DNA from: an uncultured bacterium
Lineage (GTDB): Bacteria > Patescibacteriota > Minisyncoccia > Minisyncoccales > UBA5738
DNA length: 58,678 bases
Reading direction: 5' to 3'
Assembly: GCA_903847095.1 (NCBI GenBank)
Contig: CAINCQ010000039.1
Span: forward strand, 1-58,678
The notes below the pieces were generated by a model. That model was given only the letters and a program-made list of their open reading frames with translations. It made no database searches and was not told the DNA's origin. Position 1 is the stretch's first letter; each line of letters opens with the position of its first letter. Made by a program: the position numbers and the translations under genes. Below, piece after piece: positions 39,068 to 48,084 of this stretch.

Positions 39068-39859
39068 ATGAGCGATTTCGTTGCTATCGGAAAAAATTGC
39101 GTTGCGTCGGCCATGAAGGAGTTGCAAAAACTGGAAACAGTGAAGGCTTTGAACAACGAGCGCAACATTAAAACCAATGCCGATATGGCTTCCCACAATG
39201 CGGTTGTAAGAGAGCTGGAAAGATCCGGCTTATCCTGTGTTTTGTATTCCGAAGAGTCCAAAGACGCGATCAAGATCAACGGAGGAGATGAAAAGATCCA
39301 GATCCTGCTCGATCCCATCGACGGGACCGTTTTTTATCTGCGCGGTGAGATTTACTTTTGCGGGGTTGGTATGCTTTTCTTGGTTAGCGGAAATCCGAGT
39401 TATTCGTTTGTTGGTGATATCGCGAGCGGCGATCTTTATCATTGCGATGAATTTAAGTCTTATAAAAACGACAAACCGCTGAAAATGCTCCGGCACATCG
39501 AAGGCAAACCGATCATCGCCGGATGGGCGCCCTATAGGCTTCGCGCCCGGCGTTTATTCGAGGGATTGGCGGATCCGATCGAAAAGGATTATTTAATGTT
39601 CAATTTTGGTGGTTTGCTCCAAGCCGCCAAGATTGCCGACGGCCGGTACGATGCTTGGCTGGAGGTTAAATCAACTTCATTGTATGAAATGGCGGGAGCT
39701 CTTATCGCCGTGAGGGCGGGCGCTATTTGTTCCAATCTCCAGGGTCAGCCCTTGGAATGGGATCCGGGAAAAAAACAAACGGCGCTGGTTTCCCGGAACG
39801 AAAAAATCCACAACGATATTTTAACTGGTTTTAAGGGAAAGAACTACGAAACCGATTAG
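39068..39859 (+). CDS. Inositol monophosphatase / FIG superfamily protein
   Basis: KTNAD, YSEE, LLDPIDGT. Confidence 0.8.
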   Translation: MSDFVAIGKNCVASAMKELQKLETVKALNNERNIKTNADMASHNAVVRELERSGLSCVLYSEESKDAIKINGGDEKIQILLDPIDGTVFYLRGEIYFCGVGMLFLVSGNPSYSFVGDIASGDLYHCDEFKSYKNDKPLKMLRHIEGKPIIAGWAPYRLRARRLFEGLADPIEKDYLMFNFGGLLQAAKIADGRYDAWLEVKSTSLYEMAGALIAVRAGAICSNLQGQPLEWDPGKKQTALVSRNEKIHNDILTGFKGKNYETD

Positions 39860-39870
39860 CTTTATTCGAT

Positions 39871-39903
39871 AAAAAAATACCGGGGTTTCCCCCGGTATTT
39901 TTT
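39871..39903. terminator. Bidirectional terminator
   Basis: aaaaaaataccgggg-tttc-ccccggtatttttt. Confidence 0.85.
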
Positions 39904-39913
39904 GATTTACGGG

Positions 39914-40192
39914 TTATTCGGAAACTTCGGTTTCCGCCTGCATAAAAATATCGTTGATCGTAAGGGTTCCGTCGTTTCGCAGAACGATCGCTTCTTCCAA
40001 TTCGTCGCCGGGTTTCCAATTCTTGTTTAAGAGGGCATCCGGGCTTTTTACCGTTTCGTCCAGCGCCAGGTCGAACGTTCCGGCGCTGATCGTATTGTTT
40101 TGGGAGATTTCCCGGTCGGCAAAATAAGCATTCGTGGCCGTTATCATAGTGGCCAAGGCTAAAACAATAGTAAGGATAGATTTTTTGTTCAT
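39914..40192 (-). CDS. Short TasA/camelysin-like protein with SipW-type signal peptide
   Basis: Signal peptide followed by TNAYFAD...NNTISAGTFDL and NWKPGD. Confidence 0.7.
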   Translation of the reverse strand: MNKKSILTIVLALATMITATNAYFADREISQNNTISAGTFDLALDETVKSPDALLNKNWKPGDELEEAIVLRNDGTLTINDIFMQAETEVSE

Positions 40193-40341
40193 ATGTTTTA
40201 TGGGACATCATAATCATTTTTCTGAATTTATCAAGGGTTGATCCGGTTCCAACCAACAGTTGCTCCAAAATTTCCCTAAAACCTTGACTAAATATTATTA
40301 TCGGGTATTTTATGATCAGCTCGTTTAATGGGAGTGTGTAT

Positions 40342-40848
40342 ATGTCGCTAAATTATCAGATCGACTATATCGTGAGCTGGGACGAACAGATGAAGGAAGA
40401 TTTGGAAAAATTTTGCGCAAAGGTTCAGAAATTAGGTGATGCCAGGAAAGATCAGATTGAATTACCCCCGGCTATGAGTTGGTGGGAGATCAATGTTTCC
40501 TGGTTGCCCGGCGTAAGAAAAGACCGCGTCGAAAGATACCGCAAAGCGCTGGTTTTGGACGTCGAACTTCAAAAATCCATATTCGAACTTCGAATAAGAA
40601 TTACTGAAAAACTTGATTTATTCGAGCAGGAATTTCAGGCAGCGGTAAAAAGTGCCGGTTGGGAAAGCGAGCCCGTTGAAGAAAAAGCGGCTATTCAGTC
40701 CGTATGGGACGCTTTCCGGGAATTCACGGACAAATTTAAGGATTACAATTGGTTTTTAAGGCTGGGCAGCGATCGGAAAAAAAGATCATTCCGCGAGCGG
40801 TATCCGGACGCGCATTATATTTATATCAACGCTTTATCCAATAGTTGA
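40342..40848 (+). CDS. Hypothetical alpha-helical protein, paralog 1
   Basis: Shares MxWWE.N..W.P.VRKDR, YNWFLR and SF..RYPDA with 40960-41472; own promoter (40284-40311) and terminator (40859-40882). Confidence 0.8.
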   Translation: MSLNYQIDYIVSWDEQMKEDLEKFCAKVQKLGDARKDQIELPPAMSWWEINVSWLPGVRKDRVERYRKALVLDVELQKSIFELRIRITEKLDLFEQEFQAAVKSAGWESEPVEEKAAIQSVWDAFREFTDKFKDYNWFLRLGSDRKKRSFRERYPDAHYIYINALSNS

Positions 40849-40959
40849 CTTAGGAAGCAAGACGGAAAACCGTCTTTTTTTTGTTCCGGATTGCGTTAAA
40901 ACTTTGACAATTTTTGATTAATAGGTATTATAACGGCAGTACATTTTAACGGAGGATAG

Positions 40960-41472
40960 ATGTCTCAAGAGCATATTATTGACTTGGTTGCGAGCTATGA
41001 CGACGAACTAAAAGATAATCTCGTGGAATATTGCCGCCAGGTCATAAGATTTTGGCAGGTAAAAGACCGGGGATTCGATCTTTTTATCACTATGGGATGG
41101 TGGGAGAGAAATATTACCTGGGTTCCTTTTGTCCGGAAGGACCGCTCCGAAGAATTTCGGGAATGCCGGAAGGAAGAAGCGAAATTATGCGCATCCATAA
41201 CGATACTCGAGAATCGGATCAAGGGAAAACTGGACGATTTTAAAGGAATACTCCACAGCGCGCTTGAACGTCTGAACGTTCAACAAAAGGACGGAAAAGA
41301 ATTTCAGGCCGTTGGCGCCGTTTTACAGGCGTTCCAGGAATTTTCGAAAAAATTCTCGGGTTATAACTGGTTTTTGCGCTTTGAAAAAAATGAAACGAGC
41401 CTGTCTTTCAGCCAACGGTATCCGGATGCTCGGGCTATCTACCGGAGCGTCTTAGCCAAGCCGGACAGCTGA
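40960..41472 (+). CDS. Hypothetical alpha-helical protein, paralog 2
   Basis: Paralog of 40342-40848; promoter ttgaca-16-tattat (40904-40931), GGAGG, terminator 41491-41514. Confidence 0.8.
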   Translation: MSQEHIIDLVASYDDELKDNLVEYCRQVIRFWQVKDRGFDLFITMGWWERNITWVPFVRKDRSEEFRECRKEEAKLCASITILENRIKGKLDDFKGILHSALERLNVQQKDGKEFQAVGAVLQAFQEFSKKFSGYNWFLRFEKNETSLSFSQRYPDARAIYRSVLAKPDS

Positions 41473-41589
41473 AATTTTTATGTTAGATCGAGACGGTAAA
41501 AACCGTCTTTTTTTGTTGCGTAATTTAGCCTTGACATTTTATAAATTTATGCTAGAATAAGGATAGTATTTTGTCAGAATGGAGGATTA

Positions 41590-42099
41590 ATGCCAGACAC
41601 ATTGGAAGTGGTAACGCGAGTTAACGAGGACAACAAACGCATCGTAAAAAAGATAAGGCAATATTTTGTCGCGTTCTTTGACGCCCATAAGCTGCAAACA
41701 GAGATCCAGGCCATGGAGGATTCCATGAAAATACTGGAGCTGAAAGTCGGCGGTATTGAGTTTTTCGCCATGTATGTAGTTGGGAGAAACCAGCCGGGAT
41801 TTATCAACGATATGAAAGAGCAGTTAAGAGACAATCACGATTCTCTGGCCCATGAGCGCGACAGTATCGTGGCAGATCTTGACTTCAATATCCGGCAGCT
41901 CGATTTTGCGCGCACAGGGCTGGAGTCTGATACTCCGGAATTGATTGCACTGAATGTAGCGATCGAGAAGCTGGGCGCGTTTGCTTGGGCCTTCAAAGAT
42001 TCGCGGGCCGATATGATGGACCTTTTCGCGGTCCCCGACGTGCTAAAGATCTTTAACGAGAAAGCGGCAGAGGTTTCCACAAAAGGAGGAAAAGCTTAA
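41590..42099 (+). CDS. Hypothetical alpha-helical protein
   Basis: Promoter ttgaca-16-tagaat (41531-41558), GGAGG, terminator 42098-42123. Confidence 0.75.
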   Translation: MPDTLEVVTRVNEDNKRIVKKIRQYFVAFFDAHKLQTEIQAMEDSMKILELKVGGIEFFAMYVVGRNQPGFINDMKEQLRDNHDSLAHERDSIVADLDFNIRQLDFARTGLESDTPELIALNVAIEKLGAFAWAFKDSRADMMDLFAVPDVLKIFNEKAAEVSTKGGKA

Positions 42100-42174
42100 A
42101 GAGGCGATTCAAACGCCTCTTTTGTTTTTGGGCCGGGGGAATTGACAAAAAGGCCGGGTTGTATAATATGGAAA

Positions 42175-42405
42175 TAGCTCTTTGCCGCTCTTAGCCGGCG
42201 GAATGAAGCGCATAGTCCGATTATCCGATTCATTCCACCGGCCAGGAGTCAGGAACATTAGCGTCACTCAAACCAACTTCCCTCCAAGGAAAGGTTTCCA
42301 AGAATGTTCTTGGAGAAAGGCCGGGAGTCAATTCATGACGAGCCGCGTTTACGCGGCGGAAACCTTTCCCCACTATCCATAGGAGGAGCTTAACGCTCCT
42401 TTTTT
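42175..42405 (+). ncRNA. Candidate structured small RNA (~230 nt)
   Basis: Promoter 42142-42169, terminator 42384-42405; stems 42194-42207/42229-42242 (13/14) and 42288-42299/42358-42369 (12/12) with inner hairpins. Confidence 0.5.
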
Positions 42406-42475
42406 GCTTCTATTGACAGGTTTCAAGCAATATTTTATTATCCAGCCAGTATCTTTAAAAACAAAAGGTGTTAAA

Positions 42476-43231
42476 TTGACTGATGAAATCGAATGGGATG
42501 AGATTTTTGTGGAAGAAATCGTTTCCAAGATCGTGGAGCTGGATAAGGGCATTAAACAACAATTTACGGAAATAGGTACGGCAATGCGCCAGATCATGGT
42601 AAGCGACCGGCGAATGAACGATGCCTTGAGCCAATCTAACGTTCTGGAGCGTTTTATCTGGGATCTTAATCATGAACTTGCCGGTCTTGTAGGCAGGTCT
42701 ATTCCGGGGAATTTGGCCTTGCAACGGTCGTACGCTCTTTACCGGAAAAGGATTCAGGCGGAGAAGGATATCGAGAACGGTATCGACAGTATTGGTTCTT
42801 TTATCCGGCACCTGATCGAAGCGCTGAACGATACGGTTTTAAGAGAATATCTGCCCCCCGAATATCTTCACCACGTTGATTCGTTATCCGGGGATTTTGA
42901 TATTTTTCGGCTGCAGGTCGCGCAATTGGAACAGTATACTTCAAGGGGTTCAAAAATAGTGCCGAGCGAAGCGGATATGGCTGTGTTTATGAATCTAAGG
43001 AAAGAAAATCCTTCCAATAGCCCGGCTTTTCTCGATTTGGCCGCCTACCTTAAGATGGAAGGCCGGCACATCGATTCCAGTGTTAAAGAAAATGCGGAAC
43101 AAAAAAGGCGGCGTTTTAAAGAAGAGCAGAACTCCATCAGTCAGCGATTCGCGAAAGGAGTTAGCGATGCGGCTTTAAGCGCGGCGTTCAACAATGTCGG
43201 TATCGATCCGTTTAAAGCGATTGATTTCTAA
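42476..43231 (+). CDS. Hypothetical helical/coiled-coil protein
   Basis: Promoter ttgaca-17-tattat (42413-42441), AAGGTG then TTG start, terminator 43230-43256. Confidence 0.7.
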   Translation: MTDEIEWDEIFVEEIVSKIVELDKGIKQQFTEIGTAMRQIMVSDRRMNDALSQSNVLERFIWDLNHELAGLVGRSIPGNLALQRSYALYRKRIQAEKDIENGIDSIGSFIRHLIEALNDTVLREYLPPEYLHHVDSLSGDFDIFRLQVAQLEQYTSRGSKIVPSEADMAVFMNLRKENPSNSPAFLDLAAYLKMEGRHIDSSVKENAEQKRRRFKEEQNSISQRFAKGVSDAALSAAFNNVGIDPFKAIDF

Positions 43232-43329
43232 GGCGCATAAAACGCCTTTTTCTTTTACCGATTAGTTGACAAATTTACTAAATAGTGTATTGTATATGAC
43301 AGTTCTTAAAAGGCGAGGTTTGATATGAG

Positions 43330-43920
43330 ATGAGGCTGAAAAACGCAGATGATCCGGATTTCGATTCGGAACTGGAAAAGGCAAAGCTCGAAGCGGTAAA
43401 GATCGAGCACCTGGTTTACCGGCTGCTTCGTTCGATCAAGGACTTGAATACCGAGGCCCGCCATGCGTATCTGGTCTATCGCATTAGACATATCGAGCAT
43501 TTATTTTCGGATACGGAAGGTAAAAAGTGGGGGGAATTATCCGAAAAAGGAACGAGCGAGGCAGTGAAGGCATACAAATTAATGGCTGGCCTTATGCCGG
43601 AACTCGACGGGATTCTCAAGGTTTTCGGGGAAAGATTCGAATCTCAGGACCGCGATGATTATGCCAGCATGTCTCTGGTGGTTGCCGAGGTGATTAAGAA
43701 TTTCGGCCAATGGAAATGGTGGCGTATTTTTTCCAAAGTTCTCCGCGATGAAGAATTGGCCGAACTGGGGACCTACTTGCTCCTGAAAGCCGTTGAGAGC
43801 GGCTATGTCTACGGCGACAAGATTCCGATGGAAAAACGCCAAAATCATATCCGTTTATTTCTTGGATTGAAAACCGCCAACCTACCGGCTTCATGCCCCA
43901 TATCTTCGGCAGGAACCTGA
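43330..43920 (+). CDS. Hypothetical alpha-helical protein
   Basis: Promoter ttgaca-16-tattgt (43266-43293), terminator 43923-43955. Confidence 0.7.
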   Translation: MRLKNADDPDFDSELEKAKLEAVKIEHLVYRLLRSIKDLNTEARHAYLVYRIRHIEHLFSDTEGKKWGELSEKGTSEAVKAYKLMAGLMPELDGILKVFGERFESQDRDDYASMSLVVAEVIKNFGQWKWWRIFSKVLRDEELAELGTYLLLKAVESGYVYGDKIPMEKRQNHIRLFLGLKTANLPASCPISSAGT

Positions 43921-43980
43921 TCAAAAAAACAACACGCATAAATTGCGTGTTTTTTCTTTGGCGGAAATTACCAATAAAGT

Positions 43981-44610
43981 TCATTTGGACCTCAAATTCA
44001 TTTCTATGGCCTTCAACTGGTTTTCAAACCCATTATCCATGTTAAAAATTTCCAACCCGTATTTTTTTGCTTCCTTTTCGAAATAATGAGAATATTCGGC
44101 TATCATCGTTGCGATTAGTCCGAAAGTGGCCTCATTCTTTGTTTTCCGTATTATCCAATCAGCCGGTGTTGTTGATTTGTGAATGTCTCGGATAAACTTT
44201 TGTTCGTCAGATTTTATCAGGAAAACCGCTTTGACGTATTCCTTGCCTAATTTTTTTAAGATGCGATCCGCTATCTCAGGAGTGACCTGATACCCTTCGA
44301 CAATAAAATCATCTTTGTCGGCCAGGTACGTTTCGGCTATCATGCTAATGGCGTCATAAGAGGTTTTTCCCTGAGCGATATAATTTTTAATAATTTGTCG
44401 CGGAGAGTGTTTTGAATAAAATTCGTCATTGCTCTCTCCTCGCGAATAGCTATGGGGAAAAAGCGAAGCGTGGTCGTTCTTCGGCGAATATGCCCAGACT
44501 ATATTTTGAAGCGTATCAGCCGAAATCCAAGAGATCCGATACTCTTGGGCTAATTTTTTGGCTAGAGTTGTTTTGCCGCATTTGGGCGGGCCACCTATCA
44601 AATAGATCAA
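43981..44610 (-). CDS. P-loop kinase-like protein (2-phosphoglycerate kinase/AAA-like)
   Basis: YLIGGPPKCGKTT Walker A, ISADTL, IVEG. Confidence 0.75.
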   Translation of the reverse strand: MIYLIGGPPKCGKTTLAKKLAQEYRISWISADTLQNIVWAYSPKNDHASLFPHSYSRGESNDEFYSKHSPRQIIKNYIAQGKTSYDAISMIAETYLADKDDFIVEGYQVTPEIADRILKKLGKEYVKAVFLIKSDEQKFIRDIHKSTTPADWIIRKTKNEATFGLIATMIAEYSHYFEKEAKKYGLEIFNMDNGFENQLKAIEMNLRSK

Positions 44611-44644
44611 ATTATTTAAATGGATCTTTTATAGAAACTGTTCT

Positions 44645-44732
44645 TGGCGGAGGGGGCGAGATTTGAACTCGCGATACCTTTCGGCATACCCCGCATCCTG
44701 CGGGGCGCACTCGGCCGCTATGCGACCCCATT
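44645..44732 (-). pseudogene. tRNA-Ser duplicate with replaced anticodon arm and broken acceptor stem
   Basis: Matches 44759-44843 except that the 17-nt anticodon arm is replaced; 5' end is AATGGGG instead of GGAGGGG. Confidence 0.85.
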
Positions 44733-44758
44733 CAAGGGTATTGTATGGCAACTGTTCT

Positions 44759-44846
44759 TGGCGGAGGGGGCGAGATTTGAACTCGCGATACCTTTCGGCA
44801 TACACGCTTTCCAAGCGTGCGCACTCGGCCGCTATGCGACCCCTCC
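44759..44846 (-). tRNA. tRNA-Ser(GGA)
   Basis: ggagggg/cccctcc acceptor stem, G73-CCA, anticodon arm cacgc-ttGGAaa-gcgtg, long variable arm, GTTCAAATC. Confidence 0.95.
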
Positions 44847-44857
44847 GCAGAGAACAG

Positions 44858-45103
44858 TTAGCGTTTTGAAATTAGATTTTTAAAAGCGATGCCGCCCTTA
44901 TACGATTTAATTTCTTTTTCTCTCTTCATTGACGCCTTTTTATTATTGAATTCTTCGCTGTAAATCAATTTCCAGGGTCTTCCTAATTTCGTTGAGCGAC
45001 TGGAACCGCGACTATGAGCTTCCAGCCTGTTGGCGATGTTGGATGTGTAGCCGATATAGTATCTATTGCTTTTTTGGCTTTGTAAAATGTATATATAATA
45101 CAT
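44858..45103 (-). CDS. GIY-YIG nuclease family protein (stand-alone, 81 aa)
   Basis: MYYIYILQS...YYIGYT...RLEAH...PWKLIYSE...REKEIK. Confidence 0.9.
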   Translation of the reverse strand: MYYIYILQSQKSNRYYIGYTSNIANRLEAHSRGSSRSTKLGRPWKLIYSEEFNNKKASMKREKEIKSYKGGIAFKNLISKR

Positions 45104-45237
45104 TATCGCGATTCTCTCCAATAATGTACGTATCATAGTAAAATATGGGTAATTTTTCAAGGTTTTTGAGGAATTTAGCGGATTTTGTTTTTGTTTGAAA
45201 TCTTGTCATCCGGCTCAATTTGATTTAAAACTAAGGA

Positions 45238-46149
45238 ATGATGGCAATAATATCCGAGGCGTTCAACGATACGGCGAAAATTGTGCCGCTTCTTTTGGCG
45301 ATATACGTCGGTATCGAGCTTTTCGAATATAAGTTCGGGAGCGCTATTATTGGCAAGGTAAAGAAAGCGGGAGCGTATGGTCCGTTGATCGGAGCGTTGG
45401 CGGGTATTTTTCCCCAGTGCGGGTTTTCGGTGATCGCTACCGCCCTTTATACCCAAAGGCTGGCCACGATCGGGACTTTGCTGGCGATATATTTGTCCAC
45501 TTCCGATGAAGCGTTGCCGATACTTCTTTCGCGCCCGGATAAGGTTGCTATCGTTTTGCCGCTGATCGCGACCAAATTGCTTATCGCTTTGATCGCCGGA
45601 TACGCGATCGATCTTGCTTTTCGGAAATACAATAAAAAAACCCTGGCGCATATCTATGATTACGCTCAAGGCGCCGATGATTTGACCCACCACCACGAAG
45701 CGGCGCTTGAAACCCAGGCTTGTTGCGGCCATAGCGCCAATGCCGCGTCAAAAAAATTCAACACGACCGAAATCCTGCTTCATCCGGTATTGCATACCCT
45801 AAAAATCTTTGTTTTCATCTTCGCGATAACTTTGGCCATAAATTTTTCCGTCCAGCGGATCGGAGAAGACACGATAGGCGGATTTTTATCCGCGAACGCG
45901 TTTTTGGGACCGTTTTTGGCCGCGTTGATCGGCCTGATACCGAATTGCGCGGCATCGGTTGCCATAACCGAGTTTTATCTCAAGGGATTGATTACTTATG
46001 GTACGGCAGTAGCCGGATTGAGTGCCAGCGCCGGCTTGGGGATTTTGGTACTGATCAAGGAAGAAAAAGACAAGAGAAATGTTATGGTGGTTATAGGATT
46101 GCTTTTTGGCGTCAGCGTGATCGCGGGACTATTGATCCAATATTTGTAG
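45238..46149 (+). CDS. Putative heavy-metal/manganese transporter (DUF2899-like)
   Basis: PQCGFS, LSTSDEA, PNCAASV, His/Cys-rich central loop, multiple TM segments. Confidence 0.75.
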   Translation: MMAIISEAFNDTAKIVPLLLAIYVGIELFEYKFGSAIIGKVKKAGAYGPLIGALAGIFPQCGFSVIATALYTQRLATIGTLLAIYLSTSDEALPILLSRPDKVAIVLPLIATKLLIALIAGYAIDLAFRKYNKKTLAHIYDYAQGADDLTHHHEAALETQACCGHSANAASKKFNTTEILLHPVLHTLKIFVFIFAITLAINFSVQRIGEDTIGGFLSANAFLGPFLAALIGLIPNCAASVAITEFYLKGLITYGTAVAGLSASAGLGILVLIKEEKDKRNVMVVIGLLFGVSVIAGLLIQYL

Positions 46150-46390
46150 GGTAAGCAGAGGGGGAAATTCTTATGCCGCGAGGGTTTTTGTTCCAAAAAG
46201 GCTTTCTGGGAACATCAGCGACCAAAGGATTTCTGACCTGGTGGCGCTTTTTGTTTGGGCTTCGTCTATGTTTGGCAAACCAAATTTCAGCAACTGTCGC
46301 GGCCAACGATCGAAGCTTTGCTTCGGTCTTTTTTTGACATTTTATCTATTAGGATTAAGATACAAATGCGGTTTTCCGCGAGGGATAGTC

Positions 46391-46720
46391 GTGAAAATAA
46401 GATTACTGGTGTGTTTGGTTCTGATCGTTTTGATGATCGGGTCCGGGGCGGCTTTGGAATTGGAATATAAACAAGCGCCGGTCCGCTCGGAAAAGATTCA
46501 GATTTGGGATGAAGGAAACGGCTATTATCTGTTCGATTTGGGCGGTGTTCAATACTTAAGGATGACAGGCTTTGACGCCAGCTCGATTTTTCTACAGGCG
46601 TTGGTGAAGTTTGAAAATGACCACCCCGAATGGGACGTTGTTTCGAGCGAGCCGTTTATTTACGATGGCGAAGGGGGTTGTTATTACTACTACATAAAAT
46701 GCGTGCCTAAAGCCGTTTAA
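46391..46720 (+). CDS. Hypothetical secreted protein
   Basis: GTG start gives a signal peptide MKIRLLVCLVLIVLMIGSGAA; terminator-like hairpin at 46719-46748. Confidence 0.6.
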   Translation: MKIRLLVCLVLIVLMIGSGAALELEYKQAPVRSEKIQIWDEGNGYYLFDLGGVQYLRMTGFDASSIFLQALVKFENDHPEWDVVSSEPFIYDGEGGCYYYYIKCVPKAV

Positions 46721-46825
46721 AACCGATCGAAAAGCGTTCGGTTTTTTTGTAAAAAGCCCAGTTTTTGCTATCGTGAAAAGTGAGATTAAAAAATGATCTT
46801 ATACAGGTCAAATTTATATATAAAA

Positions 46826-47464
46826 ATGAATGCAATCGAACAAATAAAGAAAAAAGCGGAAGGATATTTCGATAAAGCCAAAGGAAGTCATGGCTGGGAC
46901 CATACTTTAAGGGTTTATAAGCTTTGTCTTCATATCGGAAAGAAGGAAAAGGCGGATTTGGAAATTTTAGAAATTGCCTCTTTGCTGCACGATATCGGAC
47001 GGCCTTTGGAGGACGAAGGCAAGGGGCAGGTTTGCCACGCCAAAATAGGCGCGCTAATGGCGCGTGAATTGCTTGATTCGTTGGGTATCGAAAAAGAAAA
47101 GATAAGCAGGGTCGTTCATTGTATCGAGACTCACCGTTTTCGCGACCAGAAAATCCCGGAAACTCTGGAGGCCAGGATCCTTTTTGATGCCGATAAACTT
47201 GATTCGATCGGAGCCGTCGGGATCGGCCGCGCCTTTTTATTCGCCGGAGAGATTGGTGCCAAATTATATAACAAGGGAGTGGATATCGAAAAAACAAAAC
47301 CTTACACCGAAGAGGACACGGCTTACCGCGAATATATGGTCAAGCTGCAAAAGATCAAAGACCGGATGTTGACGTCGGAAGGCCAAAGGATTGCCGTCGG
47401 CCGCCACGAGTATATGGCCGGATTTTTTGATAGAATAGATAAAGAAGCGGACGGTATTTTATAA
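46826..47464 (+). CDS. HD-domain phosphohydrolase
   Basis: HGWDHTLRV, LLHDIG, HRF, DADKLD. Confidence 0.9.
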   Translation: MNAIEQIKKKAEGYFDKAKGSHGWDHTLRVYKLCLHIGKKEKADLEILEIASLLHDIGRPLEDEGKGQVCHAKIGALMARELLDSLGIEKEKISRVVHCIETHRFRDQKIPETLEARILFDADKLDSIGAVGIGRAFLFAGEIGAKLYNKGVDIEKTKPYTEEDTAYREYMVKLQKIKDRMLTSEGQRIAVGRHEYMAGFFDRIDKEADGIL

Positions 47465-47480
47465 AAAAAAGATCGCTAAG

Positions 47481-48074
47481 ATGGAAGATGTTTACGATAA
47501 AATTTGGGAAAAAGCTTTTTCGTATCAGGACAAGCGGGGTGACCGCGGCCACGCCCGGGTTACTTTGGAATACGCAAAAACTCTTTTGGCGTCGGAAAAA
47601 GGAGATGAAAAAATAATTATTCCCTCGATCATTCTTCACGATATCGGTTGGAGCCGGGTGGCGTCGGATAAAGCGATGATCATCTTTGACCAAAAAGCTT
47701 CTCCGGAAGAAAAAAGGGCGGCGCGATTGGAACATCAAAATAAAGGCGTGGAATTGGCAACGAGAATTCTTGATGAGTTAGGTTATCCCGAAGATTTGTC
47801 TAAAGAAATTTTGGACATTATCTTCCAACATGATACCCGCCAGGGTTTTATTTCCAAGAATGAAGGATTGACGCGCGACGCGGATAAACTTTGGCGATTC
47901 TCGGCTATTGGTTTTGACTTGGATATTGAGCGCTTCAAAATTACGCCTCAACAAAATTACGTGCGGATGGATAAAAGAATCGCGGAACCCGGTTTTTTCT
48001 TTTCCGCATCGGCGAAACAGATCGCAAGAACCGAACTGGAAAAAAGAAAACAGGAATATAGCTTAAATAATTAA
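47481..48074 (+). CDS. HD-domain protein
   Basis: H...ILHDIGW, HD, DADKLW. Confidence 0.85.
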   Translation: MEDVYDKIWEKAFSYQDKRGDRGHARVTLEYAKTLLASEKGDEKIIIPSIILHDIGWSRVASDKAMIIFDQKASPEEKRAARLEHQNKGVELATRILDELGYPEDLSKEILDIIFQHDTRQGFISKNEGLTRDADKLWRFSAIGFDLDIERFKITPQQNYVRMDKRIAEPGFFFSASAKQIARTELEKRKQEYSLNN

Positions 48075-48084
48075 CTTGTTATTT

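Noticed and set aside
42182-42382. 66-aa protein in the candidate ncRNA unit
   Set aside because: No SD unlike neighbouring cassettes, unremarkable composition, and the sequence is dominated by long stems; not fully excluded.
44636-44846. attL/attR of an integrated element at tRNA-Ser
   Set aside because: Only 20 bp separate the repeats, nearly the whole tRNA is duplicated, and no integrase is present.
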